NCBI GenBank assembly: GCA_003344405.1
Contig: NOWV01000118.1
Coordinates: forward strand, 186,001-236,696
DNA: 50,696 nucleotides
Direction: 5' to 3'
Source: Trichoplax sp. H2
Taxonomy: Eukaryota
The notes under the pieces were generated by a model that saw only the letters and a list, made by a program, of their open reading frames with translations, ran no database searches and was not told the DNA's origin. Made by a program: the position numbers and the translations under genes. Shown one piece after another: positions 1 to 15,630 of this stretch. Within the stretch, counting starts at the first letter, position 1. The number at the start of each line of letters is the position of its first letter.

Positions 1-259
1 ATTCGTTGTATCATATAAAATTAATGAGAGATTTATCATTCAGAATATCTTCTAATATTCAAGTATAATTTTTATGAAGGCTGCAGCATAAGTGCAGAGT
101 ACATCTACATTATACATTTGAGACGCAGTATCAACAGATTCAGAAGAAGTAAGCCACTCGGTTTATCAATTCTTATACGTACTTAGAATAATTTTTTTTA
201 GATTCAAATAGCATACTAGCCGTAATTCAGCTTTAATTAGTGTAAATGTAAAATAGCAT

Positions 260-650
260 TGGAATTGGGATGGTAAAATTAAAACTTCATATAATTTCAC
301 CGATAAAAAATGAGAATTAAGTTCCGATAATAATACTTAATAAACTACTTATAGTGGATAGCAGAATACTTATTACATAAACATATCTAAGATTTAGCAC
401 AATAAGTTGAATTTTATATAACTTCAATAGTAAGAAAACAGAAATAAATTCCAATAACGTATAAAACTGATTATATTAGACAGCAAAGAGACGATTGCAT
501 TAATATACAGTAATATTGGATTGGTATCGTAAAAATAAATTCTATAAAATAACGTTAGTAGGCAAAAATGAGAAGTTAATTGTAGTAGCATTACATAATA
601 AAACTGGTTAGAATAGATAGCAAAGAGACCACTAATTTGACAGCCATAAT
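260..650. repeat. Highly degenerate local duplication
   Basis: TTGGA(A)TTGG...GTAAAA...AAAAATGAGAA...ATAAAACT...GATAGCA blocks at about 260 and 516, plus a partial copy at about 430-490. Confidence 0.45.
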
Positions 651-3519
651 CAGAGTTGGTTTTTTAATGATTATCTATTAATGAGTATCGAAAATTAACT
701 GACATCTTGTATATTGCCGAAAATAAATATAACCGTACATATCCCGGACAAATTAACATGAATGCAAATTAATAGAACGCAATCATCTTGACAGAGAGAA
801 ATATGTACTGGTAATGAAGACCAAGCTTCAATATTAAAAAGTTGGATTATTTTGTAATAAGTATAAACCCCGCTGGTGTTTTTTGCTTTAATGGCTTTGA
901 TACAAATTAGTATTGAGCCAAATGTAGTAACAAAATATTCATTCTTATTAGTAGAATTTTAATATTACAACAAGATTGTTTTTTTATTTACCCTTTCCTA
1001 GGAAATATTTAAAATACCAGCGGGTTTGACTTTCTGGTTCTTCCAAATGGATTGGACTACTACAACCAGCTTGATATGACTATAACAGATAAAATTGGAA
1101 TTTTATTTGTATCTAGCTCAGCAGCTATAACTTTAATCTTAAATAAGTAGATACAAACCGTGCATACACGAGACTATACCAGCTCACGCACTAAAATAGT
1201 TATAATTTATACGCACAGCTTCATCTAGATTAATTACTTCTACTTAATCTAATATGTAGAAACCAGTATCAAATGTATGAACATTTGCTTATGTATTGTA
1301 CTAATTCAACATCACTTAATGATTTTTTTAAAAACCTTTTCAGCGAAGTACGGTACGCTATCTGAACACTCAACGAGAGTAAATCATTTTTACAACTATA
1401 GACAATGTCACCGTAAAATTATTATACAATTAATAATATAGTCATTCCTTTCTATTCATTAGCGAGACCAGTAGTTGGCATTAACCTGGGTTTCTCCATC
1501 TTCTACACGGTATAAATGGTTATGATCAGGATTATCCTTGGAACCTTCAACCGTCATGGATATCTAAAAGTTTTTGGTATTTAAAATAGAGATTGCTAAT
1601 TAAATAAATTCGCTTGAAAAGTTTATTCATGATAGCTTTGTGTCTATTTCTAATCTATTGCAGGTATTTGTTGTAAATAGACACATTTAAGATAATAGCT
1701 AGAGAGTTATTTATTTATGCAATGAAATTGTCGAAAGTCGTTGTTTTCAAATTAGCTTGAACTTTTCCGGTAAATAAGAAGATATCTCTTACTATGTTAC
1801 ATGCAATTTGTCAAGGATATCGTAAATTTGAGTTAAAGCTCTGATGCATTGATCACTTTGTATAAATAATTATTTTGACAAACAGGGCCACTCATAATAC
1901 AATATTGAGCTATATACTAGGATACCAAATAATCAAAACGGATATTACAATTTCAAAATACAATTCTTGTCGACGTAGATCGTCCAGTCCTTCACACAAT
2001 ACGTAAATAATCATCGGGATAGTAAGTTTGGTCAATTAAAAACGATAGCCGAATATTTTTTCATCGTTTCTAGCTAAGCGTCTATTTTAACAGAATCACG
2101 ATTAACAAAGTTGAATATGGTTAGAATTGATATTCAAACCCTGTTACGACAAATCTTTCAAAGAAATTGATTAATTGACAGGATGGATTGTATCAATTCT
2201 GTCGATACTGTCTCATTAATGTTATTAATTTTAGACCAATGCTAATCATAATCATGATAGCACCGTTAGTTACAGTACAAAATATTGTGGTATTTAAATA
2301 GCTTGATTCAGAAACAACTAATATGTAGAGAAAATAGTAAACATTTTATAAGAAATATCTTTAATAAACAGGTGAGGCTGTTAATATTTAGACAAAACAT
2401 AGAAAAGATTCCTAGATGGGTAATTACAAAATAAATCAGTGCTTGGCATTGTACAACACTATCTTCATTTGAGTAGACGAATAAGACGATGCTTAGAGGT
2501 TATTAGGCGAAAACATAACCTTTTTAATTTGTATAAAGTTACCAGATGATAAATATTAAAGGTCAAGAACTATATATCCATTTAAATATATATATACGCG
2601 TACATATACATTGTAGGCTGCTTAGAACTGCAGCCACGAAGCAATCAGACCGAATTCAATTACAAGTAATTACTATCTAAGTAGAAAAAGGACTCTTCCC
2701 GTCATTAATAGAAAATAACTTTGAAGGAAACCAATCATAAACGTACTATATAACAGTTTTAAATCAATTAATCGTCTACATACAATATGAGCCATACAAA
2801 AGAATATAAAATTTGCTTATATTAAGCAATAATTTAAAGGCTACATCCATTTTCATATTTAAACTCTAGGTAAGGGCAGACTATCTAGCAAATACTAGTA
2901 TAAAAGAACGATGACTACAGTTGTAAATTCAAGATGAGTTTAGAAAATATTCATTACGAATTAACAATAGCGTCTTCTTCTATAACGGCAAAACTATGCC
3001 TATGCTTATCATAACTAGCCTTGGAAGTAAAATGATATAGCAACCGCCACTACGAATAAATCTGAAGGTGGTGGGATAGTATACTATATCGTTAAGTCGC
3101 ATTAAAAAAAGCAATGTACCGTTCGATAGAGACATCTTTAACAATTGTTACAATAATGTATATCCACGAGCTAAATTGATATAGTTAGAGTAATAGTTTT
3201 CGGAAATGAAACTGAAACAATACTAGCACAAGATTTTCTTTTGACTGTCCCTTGTATTAAGCATAGTAAAATCATTGATAAGGCAATAGATTCTAAAGGT
3301 CGTTATACCCTAGTAATAAGATAATATCTAGTAAGGGTAACTATAAAATGTAAATCTCCATTAAAAAACAATAATTGAGCCAACGTCTAGTAGCTATTGT
3401 CGGAATGATAGTAAAAGAACAAACTGAAAAGACTGCAATAATACTTCATACAGGATATTTTATCTGTTACTTCTGCGTATAAGCAAGCCATCGATAGGAT
3501 GATGATGTCAATACGAACA

Positions 3520-3890
3520 AGATATGCGAGTACATGAGTATTGAAAAGTATCAAACACAGCGATAGAAAATAATATATATTACTGTAATATAAAAATGGA
3601 AAATGGAAAACATCATCAAAATAAAGCGAAATATCTATACCTTACAAGATATACAAGTAATTGAATAGTATCAAATACAGTAATGAAATGTAACTACATG
3701 TTAAAATACTACAATAAAGCAAAAAAATAGAAGAGCCGTCAGAATAAAACGACTTATCTATACCTTATAAAATAGATGAGTACAGAGGTAATTAGATAGT
3801 ATCAAGTATAGCGAGAAAATGTAAATACACATCTACAGATCACAATAAAAGTAAAAAATAAAAGTAAGACACGGTCAAAATAACGATATA
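3520..3890. repeat. Degenerate tandem repeat, about 120-130 bp x3
   Basis: Recurring AGTATCAA...CAG(C/T) at about 3547, 3667 and 3798; TATCTATACCTTA at about 3632 and 3755. Confidence 0.65.
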
Positions 3891-5018
3891 CCCAGATGTT
3901 GGATGCTAAGACTCTCTACGAAATCCCTTTAAATGGTTAGTATAAATTAGTAATTAAAAGAATTGACTCATTGTCATTTTTCAATTACGGCCAATTTTTA
4001 TACAATACTTTAATTATGTCATTTGATGATAGATATAAATAAAATACCTGAAATTGTATTACAGATTTGCGTGAAGGAATAAATAATATTACTTCATTTT
4101 CCTTCCCGAAATAATTAAACGTCAACAATGTCAAAAAAATAATAGTTTATCGTCTAGCTATGTTGAATAAGATGGAATGTGCTTCATATTCCTTTTTACA
4201 AGTAATGATAAAGAATGGATAAGGAAGCATATTCCATCTTGGTGAAGAATAAGAAAGTGACGAATGTCGAAATAAAAGCAATTATATAGTACTGCGTAAC
4301 CGTTAAAGCAATGATATTTATTTCACGTATCTGTAGAAGAAATAGAAACGATCATCTTTATATGGTAGTAGAGAAAGAAATCATATTTTAAATTAGATTT
4401 TCTTCTAACATTCATCCAAGACATCAACCAGGAAATTAGAAAAAGTAAGTGTAGATCAAAGTTCAAAATTATATCATGCAGATAGGATATAAGTTTGAAT
4501 TAAATTTCACTAAAAAGCTTGTTTATGATGAAACTTAGTCATTATCGACAGCAAAAAAAAGGGAATAATAAACAAGTATTATTTAATATCGTAATTATGA
4601 AAAAAATAGGCTTAATGATCTAACTGTTACCTTGTATTGCTGTATATTGGAATCAAAGAAAATGAAGATGTAATACTTCAACTTATATCAAGTAGATTAA
4701 TAAGAAGGTGATCATGATGTGGAAACAATCAAGGTGCACAGGGAACAGTATTATTAATGACAAAATAGAACTAACAGTCTAGTTGAAATTGCATTGTTAT
4801 TTTAAGCCAGCAAGTGAAAATTAAATGAATGAATTCAATAAATAAGTCTTTTTAGTTATTTCAGTATAGCTATTAACGGTTAATCGGTAGTATAGTTGTA
4901 CAAATGTATTATTCAAAGGAAGCAGTCAATAAAAAGAAAATTTATAAATGAATGAATAATAGTTCTATTTGCAATTACTATCATCAAGTATTTAATCGTG
5001 TACCCGTAAACCTAAGCA

Positions 5019-5620
5019 AAATTAATTTGGCTTCAAATAGTACCGATCAAAGAGAAACGTTTGTAGATGTTGCTATAAATTGTCAATCTTTAGATTATTA
5101 AGAAATAAATAAAGTGAAATTAACAAAATAAAGGGATAAATGAAATTACACTTTATACAATAGCTATGTAATATGATATGTGAAAGTATATGATAAATGT
5201 AGAACTAAAACGTTAGTGCTTTGGTGAATTAAATCAATCTAGCTTTAAATAGTGCAGATCAAAGAGGGACATTGGTAGATGTTGCTAAAAATTATCAATC
5301 TTTAGATTGTTAAGAAATGAATAAAATGATATTAACAAAATAAAGACACAAAATGAAATTATAATCTATAAACTAGTAATATAACATCATGTGTAAAAGC
5401 ATGCATAGAAATAAATGAAATTCTATTCTATAAACTAGTAACGTAATATCGTATAAGAACGCGTATATAACGATATAAGTAAAATTTCATTCTATCTACT
5501 AGCAATTTAATATCGTATATGAAAGTATACCTAAAGAGATTAATGAAATCACGTTCTAAAAACTAGTAATATAACATTGTTTGCAAAAGTATACGATGAA
5601 TGTTGAACTAAAACGTTAAT
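5019..5620. repeat. About 210-bp duplication whose second copy contains an expanded about 60-bp subrepeat (x4)
   Basis: GATCAAAGAG...GTAGATGTTGCTA...TCAATCTTTAGATT...TTAACAAAATAAAG at about 5046 and 5257. AAATGAAAT...CTATAAACTAGTAA subunits from 5350 to 5600. GAACTAAAACGTTA at about 5202 and 5605. Confidence 0.75.
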
Positions 5621-7134
5621 GATTCGAAGTTTCAGCCTCGATCATTATGAGCTTTTTATAGGGTAATTTTAACCCTTCAAAATTGTTATAAACTACTACA
5701 TTCCTATTTTAAGAAGACAACCTTCCTACTATTGTTAGTTACGATATCAAATTTGAAGACTAAATGACAGAAGAAAGGGGTGCTTTGAAAAAATAATCCT
5801 TCATAGTCAAATATACTAGTAATGGGATAGAGAGCGCAACGATGACTTTGGATATACAGTTACAGTTTAACAAATAATTTTTTATTCTAAGAAATTGATA
5901 TCCAACTTTACTCGGCCTTAGTCTCATTAGGATCGTGATATGTATGACAATGTTGCATTAACGTAACTATAAAATAAAATTATGTACTTGAGACCTCCCC
6001 ATATAAAGAAAGAAATTAAATAATACCATTCTAAGTGATACCTACTTTCTGTCGCTAACATTTTACAACTACCAATTATACTAAAAGATTTCAATAAATA
6101 TTATTGTATTATTGTATAAGCATTTTACTATTTAACTTCTTTCCAATTCTATATAATGATTATCCTATTCTGACAACTGTAAATTATAACTAGAACTATA
6201 CCGTAATGTACACGACTCTGAATTGAAAACAATTTATGAAGGCATAACTTGAAATCAAATCTTACGCTATCGTGTTGAATTTTTTCCTATTAGAATAGCA
6301 CCAAACTATTGCCTATTTATTTTATTACTTTGCTAATAGGATCATAATTAACTTGTGTTAGCAATTACTACTCGATTCGATAAGGTATGAGTATTATTTT
6401 TTAGGAATTGTACAATTATTCCTTAAATTAAAATACTACAAAATTTGAAATAATTAAATAAAACCGTTGTTATTATATAAAGACAAAAAAATGGTAGTAA
6501 TTGACGTCATTAAAACTAGACCTAAAGCTTCTTAGCAAAGTGATAAAGAGTTATCATTAGCATTAGCGTAGATAGAATATAATAATCAAATATATATCAT
6601 CTCTGTCATCATTTAGGTAAACAGCTTAGAAAGAATAACCATCAACTCAGCTTAACAAACGAAAGTATGTGTATTACTAGCATATTTGTATTCTAGAATA
6701 TGCCCATCTTCACATAGATACATCAATTATATTATGATTGATCAACTTCTATAGATATTTACCATATTAAATTTCATTGAAGACGTGAAAATGAAAATAT
6801 TGCCAATTCAAACACAGCTGATGCAGTCATTACAAATCAGCAGTATTTTTCTGTACCTCTATACAGTATTAATATGTATAATAAAGACCAATCGTAATTC
6901 ATCAAGACAGTCATGTCTAAGGGAATTCATCTATATTACTCTTCTATTTATATTCGTCTGTGCTATAAGAACGAGTAATAAACCTTAGAAAAGCTGGATT
7001 CGTTTACTGTATTACCAGTAATGGTATGACTGCAAACTTATGTCTCTGTACGATCGGTTCCTAAACATTTCGTCAAAAAAATGAAACAGTACTACATAAA
7101 ATCATGTAGAAGTTGAAGATAATTCTAAGGATGT

Positions 7135-7725
7135 CTTATTATCGACGGTATCTTAATGGGCAAACAAATGTGAGAACGAATGACGATATTTTCTTACAAA
7201 GAAAAATCAATAGGATCGAAATACGGATTCTTAGAATAGGCGTTTGGGCACTAAGATCACCGATAACTGTAATACTTTGGCAATTGTTGATCTTAATTCG
7301 TATAAAACCCATAAAGTAGTGATCAACGTAAAAGTAGAACATCACTCTAATGGTATCTTATTGTAGGCGATATCCAAATAGGCAAATAAATGTGAGAACA
7401 AATGACGATATTTACCTAAAAAAATCAATAGGATCGAAATTTAGGGTCTTAGAGTGGCTCGTGTGTGATAGATATTTTGGAAATTCCTGATCTTAATTAA
7501 TATAAAACTCGTATAATAGTGATCAACGTAAAAGTAAAACATCGCTCTAATGATAACTTTTTATCGGTGATACCTAAATTGGCAAATAAATATGAGAACT
7601 AATGACGATATTTACTTACACAAGAAAATCGATAGGGTCGAAATTTGAAATCTTAGAATAGATATTTGAACGTTAAGAGCAGTGATAGTTGCAATACTTT
7701 GGAAATTGTTGATCTTAATTCACAT
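7135..7725. repeat. Tandem repeat, about 200-222 bp x3
   Basis: GGCAAA(C/T)AAAT(G/A)TGAGAAC.AATGACGATATTT at 7159, 7381 and 7581; TGATCTTAATT and GTGATCAACGTAAAAGTA recur. Confidence 0.85.
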
Positions 7726-9167
7726 AACAGTCATGGCTTCATTTTCCCTGTCGCCTTACTATTAGTTTCTCGTCAATTTTTTCAAGATCAAGTTCTGGGC
7801 AGAAAGAAACTCACTTAAATAGTAACCTTACTGTCAGAATATCCTCTCGTTATTCACCATGACACACTATCATTAATGTTGTCATCAACAAATAAATTTT
7901 TCCTTGTCAACCATTTTTTAATACAAATTATAAATGATATGACAGATGTGTTGTAATATTTAAGTTAGGTTCATCTACATTGCATGCTGAAAAGCATTTT
8001 ACATGGCCGTAATAGTAAAGTCAACAAATTACGACAAAACTTATAACAATATTAATAATAGACTTTTCACTTACGCAATAATTGTGGCTAACAGCCACTC
8101 TCCACTATTTACAAGTCACATTTTCGATATCCATGTTAAAGCAATAAACTGGATGCTTAATTTATACTGGTACTGATAATTTTAGAGAGAGTAAGTCTTG
8201 CTCAAACTATTTTCATATCCCGTAAGATATTATTTAAACCCACTAATGACACGAATAGTTTTGACGATGATAATTACTAAATGTATCAGTTAATAAATCA
8301 ATACAAGTAAATACCTTTTTTTTCTTGTAGTAACTGTAATAGTCGTATCATAGGGAGCAGGGTAGTAAAAGAATGAACAAAGTACGTAATTAAACTACAC
8401 ATTAATTCATTATATAATATTGTATCGTTGCTAAACAAAGCTACTGCCTAGGGTCAAAAACTAGTACCGATCAAGTAGATCTTTAAATCACTAAAATTAT
8501 TTTTATAGATAAAACTAAGTAATTATGCACACCTTGATGTATTTCGATGATATCTAGATATGTAGAATACCTTACTTTGCCTCTAAAATTGATAATACTT
8601 TCAGTGGCAAATTGAATATCGATCATAATTGATATAGAATATAGAAAATAAATCTTTTCAGTACAAAATCAGCATTAATAAAGAATAAAGTAGTCCATTT
8701 CAACTGTGTGTATTGTAAGAGATATCAATACCCAAGTAGTAATCAATAATTAATAGCTTTTTATAGCTATTTTAAGTACAAAGCGGTTCATGAGAACGTA
8801 ATGAAAATAGAATAGAATAAAATTGAATTACTAAAATAGGCGAATAAAGAATACAATCCATGTCAATGCTTTCAATCATTCCTATCCTTGGTTAAGGTGT
8901 GAAAATAAAGATCAGTTACTAGAGAGACGTTTCCGTTAATTAATAATAGTAGAAATTCAATCCAAGCAAAACAGAAAATGATGAGATAGTCACTTCGTTA
9001 GATGGATATTTATATACGAATATAGAGTATTTTTGAGAATATGAAAGTTTCCTCAATTAATAATAACTATTTCATCTATTAAATAAAAATAACAAGTATG
9101 ATATATTGATTAAATAAAAATACGCATCCAGTGATCTACTAACATCTATTTTATCTTTAAGTTTGTA

Positions 9168-9545
9168 ATTCAAGCCGGCAATACAAATGGACATATAACC
9201 TTAAAAAATCATATAGACTGATTTTACTTTTACTAAAAACATAACATGAAATACTTTGTGAGAATCAAGCCGGCAATGCAAGTGGATGTATAACCATAAT
9301 TAATTTTAAGGTTGATTTTACTTTACTGAAGATATAACATGAAAAACTTAATGAGGATCAAGTCAACAATGTAAATGGACCCCAACCTCAATTAAACCTA
9401 TAGATTGTTTTTACTCTGCTAAAAGTATAACCTTAAAATACTTTTGAGAATCAAGCCAGCAGTGTAAATGAACGTATAAACTTGATTCATCCTATAGATT
9501 GATTTTGCTTTACTAAATGTATATCGTAAAAATGCTTTATGAGAA
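9168..9545. repeat. Tandem repeat, about 93 bp x4
   Basis: TCAAG(C/T)C.(G/A)CA.T..AA.TG(G/A)A...GATTTTAC units at about 9170, 9264, 9358 and 9450. Confidence 0.85.
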
Positions 9546-12500
9546 AAAACTGACCAAAAAGGACGCCTTGTGTTAGCTATTATGACAGTCAAAATCAATG
9601 AAGGATCAAGTAATCTAACTATAACTTTTCGGCTACTTGATCATTCTTTCGGATCAATATTAAGCAGTAATCAATTTTATAAGAATAAGCGTGCGCTCTA
9701 TCATAAATTAATCATCGCCGGTTCAAATATCTAGCCATTTGTATCCTACTTTACATCATAGTGAATATTTCTAAAGTAAAATATTAACTATGATATTGAA
9801 AAAGCGTTAAAAGCGAGAACATTAGACTAATGTGCTATCATTTTATCCAGCATTTGTAGTCGTCGTATTTATTGATAAACACCAAGATTGTTTATTTAAT
9901 CAGATATTTGTACCACGCGTGTAGTGGTAGGTAATTGAAAATAAGTTTCCCTAGTCTATGTCTTTTGATTTTTATGATATGCGGTAAATTAAAATCTATA
10001 GCATGCATTTGAATTAGATAGCTGTCATGTAGAATTATCATAGAGCTTACAGGTTTACTAAAAGCTAAGTATTTCGATATGTCAAAATGATCTAATCATA
10101 AAAATAAAATAAAGTTCTAGTTTTGTTCCCTTCATCACAGAACGATGTATTCTTAAATTAAGCATGCTTGTCGAAAAAGAAAATTTAAGGATTGCAATTT
10201 CAATATTCTTACGTCCGGTCCATCTGATCTATTAGTGATCAACAACATATCGTCAGAATTTTTACAAAGCCCTTTCAAATCAAGTCTGTATTCAATATCT
10301 TTTTGAATAAATGAAGTTTTGTTCACGTTTGTAATCTGCAGCTAGACGAGTTAATCGATTCAAATTCCTTTAAACTCGGTTACAAAGCTATCTATGGTAT
10401 AATAAAACTAGGTGAATGCCGACCATCAAACAGTACAGGATTGGTATTCAATCCTGTTTGTTAACAGAGATTTCCTTTACTTTCATATTATGGATAGCTT
10501 AATTATACTAAGGTTGTTACTTTATTAATTATTAGTTATACTCGCATGGTGGTGAAATAACCAAAAGTATTAAATAGAACTACCATTACCGATTTTATAG
10601 TACAATATACATCAAAGTCTTGATTGATTATTAATTTAGATTTGTCCTGTTAGATCTAGTGGTAGCTTAACAATAACAACTGCGGGAACTAAAAATAAAA
10701 ATTGGCACTGGTACCTAACATATAGACTAACGATTTTACGATAATATATGGTATTTGAAAAAATGTCGTGATAATATATAAGCTATACGGTGTTGTTTAT
10801 ATTGTATTCGTGTTATAATATACAGTATATTACTGACGAGATAAATTACGCTCTTATTAATAAACAAGATTTACGCAAAATTTATTATATAGAATAATTT
10901 ACTTAAATTTAGACATTTGTACTAGTGTACTCATTCTTCATGAATAGACAGAGCAATATATATAGCTTGTGTAGGCTATATAAATACTCGGAATGATTAG
11001 AGAATTTTGGCTAATTTTGCTGTCATTGTTCGTTCGTGATATATTGGCTTTGGGTTAGCTTTGTATTTTATTACTGGTTTGATAATATCTGGTTTTTCTA
11101 AGTAAATAAGTTGATTAAATTGGCAGATCTAGAAGGCTTCCAATTTATTTCTAATCAACTTAACAATTTATATATAATCTAAGATTAAAGTAGTGGGCAC
11201 AGTGAAGATATTTTACTGTTATACTTTAATAAACAGATAAAAGCTAGATGGTATAGATTAGAATCGAATCTTAATCCAATACTTCATCTGTAGATGTAGC
11301 ATAGAACACTTACACTCTAAAGGATAATACCTTAAACCTTTATAAGAATAAAAATGTTGAGATGCTACGTATGTAAGAAATTAATCCTAAATTTATACTT
11401 GCAACCTATTGACCGATTTATTTCACCATCTATGCTGGGCACTTACATCAAATTGTCATTGGCAATAGTTTAAACTGAGATGCTCAAAAATCCAAAATAA
11501 AATTACAAATGTTTTTAAATATTGATTTTTATACCACATTTTACTAGTACAGTATCGATTGGTAATTGGCATTAGTTGAAGTACAGAATTCTTATAAAAA
11601 TTAAAGATGATAGATGAAAGTCCAAACAAACTTAAGCTAAAAACTTATAAGTTCATTCTATCGTGTAAGCGTATGGAATGCGTCTATGAGGAAGAAATTG
11701 CAGTATATTACGTCAAATTAACATTGAAAGCTCACAACAGAGTATTTTATGGTCAACAATAATATTTATGACAAGGAGAATTAAATGTCTCTGGTATTAC
11801 AAATGCTTCTGCTATAAAATTTATAAACATAACAAAGCTTTATATTGCGTTCGAACAACAACAGATTATAAGTATGTGGAATAAAATATAAACATACATG
11901 TAATCACGAGATAGCAGGTTGCTTATAGATTAGGTCAAAAAAGTGTTATTAGGTATAACCTCTTTCCCTAACCCATCAGCTAACTAATTTATCATTATCG
12001 ATTAAGTGAATGGCGTTAGGTCGTAAACTGCTTGTTATTTTTCGACAGAGGTTATTCTGTATGTTATTCTACCGGTCAAGAGTGTAGCGTAAATAGATTG
12101 TTTAGCTTTCGAATATAATTGGAAACATAATATCGTATTGATAAAGTAAGCTCTAGGGTTGATATTGATAAACTAAATCGCTATTGCATCAATAGCAAAA
12201 TCATCTATATTAGTTGATTGATTTTAATACGTAAGTAGACGTTGGATCGTTGTTCTGAAGTGGTAATTTACGTCATATACTTTATTATCACTGGAGTGAA
12301 AAAAATAAAATAGGTTAAGGCATAAAAGCGAATGACGCAAAGGATAAAAAAGTGGTTTAATTGTTCAGTTCAAAAAATAAAAGTAATCTAACTCAACGAA
12401 AACAACTTTCATGATTTAGTCTTGCCTTAGATGTAAGTTGTTTTTTGTTGATAGTAGAATATCAGATAAATAGTTAGAATTGAGGCACCACGACAATGCA

Positions 12501-15069
12501 GATTGTTGCTAATACAGTTGCAGTGAGCATAAAAATTAACATTAGATTGCTAATAATATGATAAGGAGAAAGTTGTTGTCTCTCTATTTTTTCTATCCAA
12601 TCAATTGGCTGTGGATAAATTATCATACAGTTCTTTCTACTTTTAGCATGAATAGTAATAGCAGATACGTAATCATCATAGTAATAATGACAACAACAAC
12701 AAACATCAACAATTTAAAAAATTGACTACTATGATGTCATTCGAAGAATATCTATGGTTATTGATCAAGTGTTGATAGTACCATAATGAGAAAACAGTAT
12801 GATTAAAGAGATAAAATAATAATTTGAGGAACGCAATGCCTTGGCAATACAATGTCATTATAAAATTAACCTTAATCCGTAAAGATCATAAAGTAATTAG
12901 TAATCAACTGAACTATTTTCTGCAATAATAAATAATAATTTAGGCAATAACAGCACAATATTATGATAAAACGTGATCGTAATAGAAGACAGGGTCAAAT
13001 TGATTGTCAGCAACATCCGACATAGACATCCAGTACGCAATAGACAGAATATTCAATAAATAATGATTATTTATGATTTTGGGCTTGGTACAGACTGACT
13101 TTGAATATCGACTGGAGTTACTATCGTCATCATCATGAAAATAATTATAGAACGAAGAAATATCAATAACAAAAACAAGTTGATCTAATACATTATTAAC
13201 CAAATATTAATAAGATATTTCTCTACTTGGTTACTTTATCCAATACCGCCATTATTGTCAGTAATAACGACGATGGAGGTATTGTAAATTGGATAAGGTA
13301 AACAAAATAAGAAATCTTCAATTTAATAATTTTTGTATGTATCTTATTATGACGCAATACAGACTAGTTAAAGTTTCAACAGTAGCTGAATTCACCGCCG
13401 TAAACAACGACTTATTAAATATGCACAAGGTGTTTGTCATAGCCATGACGAGACTCTATACCAGTTACTGTATGATTTTAATAAGATTACGTGATCGTGC
13501 CATGACTAAGTTTTATACAGTGATAACGTAATAGAAATAAGAATTGGAAATCATATTTATATAATTATTACTTATACATTCTTATCCACTAAGACCATGT
13601 ACTCCTATCATAACGATCAGTAACCGATACGATGATGCATTACATAAAGATTTCCACCTAGTAGTTGAGTTAATACACAATATTTTAAAGATAGTTTACC
13701 CATTCAAATAAGTATAATTCATCCAAACTATAGCGATCTAAACCTTAGATATGATAGCAGTAGCATGCTAAGTGAATGATTAATCTTACGTTTCTTATTA
13801 TGAAATACTAACACAAAGCAAATTTACATAAATATTTTGCTGATATAAATCTTTATCATAAATCTACGGCTTAGGGTAGAGAAAGATATAGTTCAAGATA
13901 GTGATTGTTGCTTAAAGGCCACTATTGACTAATATAATCTAATTAATAAATTGTATCCAACATATAGCATTACCGCAATTAAAAAACTCAATTATCAAGT
14001 TCGTTTCCCTCTTAATATAATTTTATACTCCAAAAAGAATACATTCTTCAACGCTCCAATTTATATCTTCAATATTACGTTCGAAGATTATGCTCTTTTT
14101 AGACTGGATAAAGGGGACTTGCGGTTAAATAATCGCTCTTAATGTCCAATAAAGTGCTAAGTAACGGCAGTACTAAGTAGTAAGAAATGAATATTAAAAT
14201 AGACATTCTATTCGGTTCATACTGTATTATCAAGAATGTGGATAGAACTCATAGACACTACCGCAACTAATATAATTCCTTCTATATCCACCATCGATGA
14301 TTTCTTCTTCTATTCATTTACTAGATAAAGATGCTAATTCCCATAGCAACCATGTATTGATAAATTAGCTTATACTACAGTATTTCATTGAATCAATACC
14401 CAGTATAAAATAAAGTTAAATTTATTTTTGCGTTGAATGCAGTATCATTATGGGAACTAGTATTCATAATTGTATCGTATTTAAATTAAGAAATTAAGAC
14501 AGAATATTGTAAAGAGATTTATCAATGCTGCGACAAATTCAGTTACGAATAACTTGGATGGTCAAAATGTAAGCAGAATAGAGAAGAAGGAATTATGTAT
14601 AAGTGATGTCAAACATAGCTTTAAGAATAATAATACCACAATAACAGATTGGTATTAACGGGAAATTAGTACTTCCCCATCTATTATTAAACTAGCATGC
14701 TTTCTTATTTACAACAGGATCATGCTTAAAGCTTTATGGCCTGGCCCTATTCTTTCGATAATAACATCCAAATATCCCATTACTTTTACTATATGACAGT
14801 TAAATACGTAAAGCCAATACACCTAAAAAAATCGATATTATCCTGTACTTATCATAACTAACTGTAATCAATTTTTAAAATCAAGTAAAATTTAAGCTCA
14901 ATTAAAAAAAAATACACCCGTAGACACAACAGGAAATAGTTGAAATAATCAATTAGAATAAAATATCAACGTAGCTTGTGAGTAGGTTAAATATTTAATA
15001 GCAACGAGACAATACTTCAACTCCAGACGAAACATTATGGCCTTAATTTAAGAAGCTTAATAAAGCATT

Positions 15070-15630
15070 AATGCTTAGTATTTACTCAGAATTGTTAACC
15101 GATCTTACTGGATTATAAATTATACACAACAGCTACTATCTATTCAGATATGAAATCATTGTCATAATGTATTGAAACACAAGACATTAGTCATATAAGT
15201 CAGAATGTTTAGATTGCAATTTGGCTGAATAGAACAACACTGTTGTGCAAGATTGCATGGCAGCGTGCTTAGTATTTACCCAAGGTTATAAGCCAACTTT
15301 ACTAAATTATTGCTTATACATAATATAATTGCCACGATCTGTTCAGATAAGAAATTATTGTCATAAAGGAGTTAAATACAAGACATTTGTTATATTGGTC
15401 AGAATGTCAAGATTACGATTTCAATGGATACAATAAAATGCGCTGTTGTGCAGGATTGTAAAATAGTATGCTTGGTATTTATCCAGATTATTAATTGATC
15501 TGAATATTATGTAGCTTAAACATAACAACTGCGGTACTATCTGTCCAGATAGGAAATCTTTTTCATAATATTGTGAAACAGAAAATATTATTCATATTGG
15601 CCAAAATGTCAAGATTGCGATTTTAGTGAA
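15070..15630. repeat. Tandem repeat, about 195-203 bp x3
   Basis: TGCTT(A/G)GTATTTA at about 15072, 15266 and 15469; ATCT.T(T/C)CAGATA and CA(G/A)AATGT...GATT recur. Confidence 0.8.

Noticed and set aside
44-148. Plus-strand cag|...|gtaagc exon-like segment with one open frame
   Set aside because: No recognisable product and no consistent downstream exon chain.
1459-1563. Possible minus-strand terminal exon (ttttag|ISMTVEGSKDNPDHNHLYRVEDGETQVNANYWSR*)
   Set aside because: Protein-like, but no in-phase upstream exon could be linked and no family was recognised; could be chance.
9685-9740. tRNA-like fragments (AAGCGTGC...CATAA...GGTTCAAAT)
   Set aside because: Stems do not pair into a cloverleaf and there is no acceptor stem.
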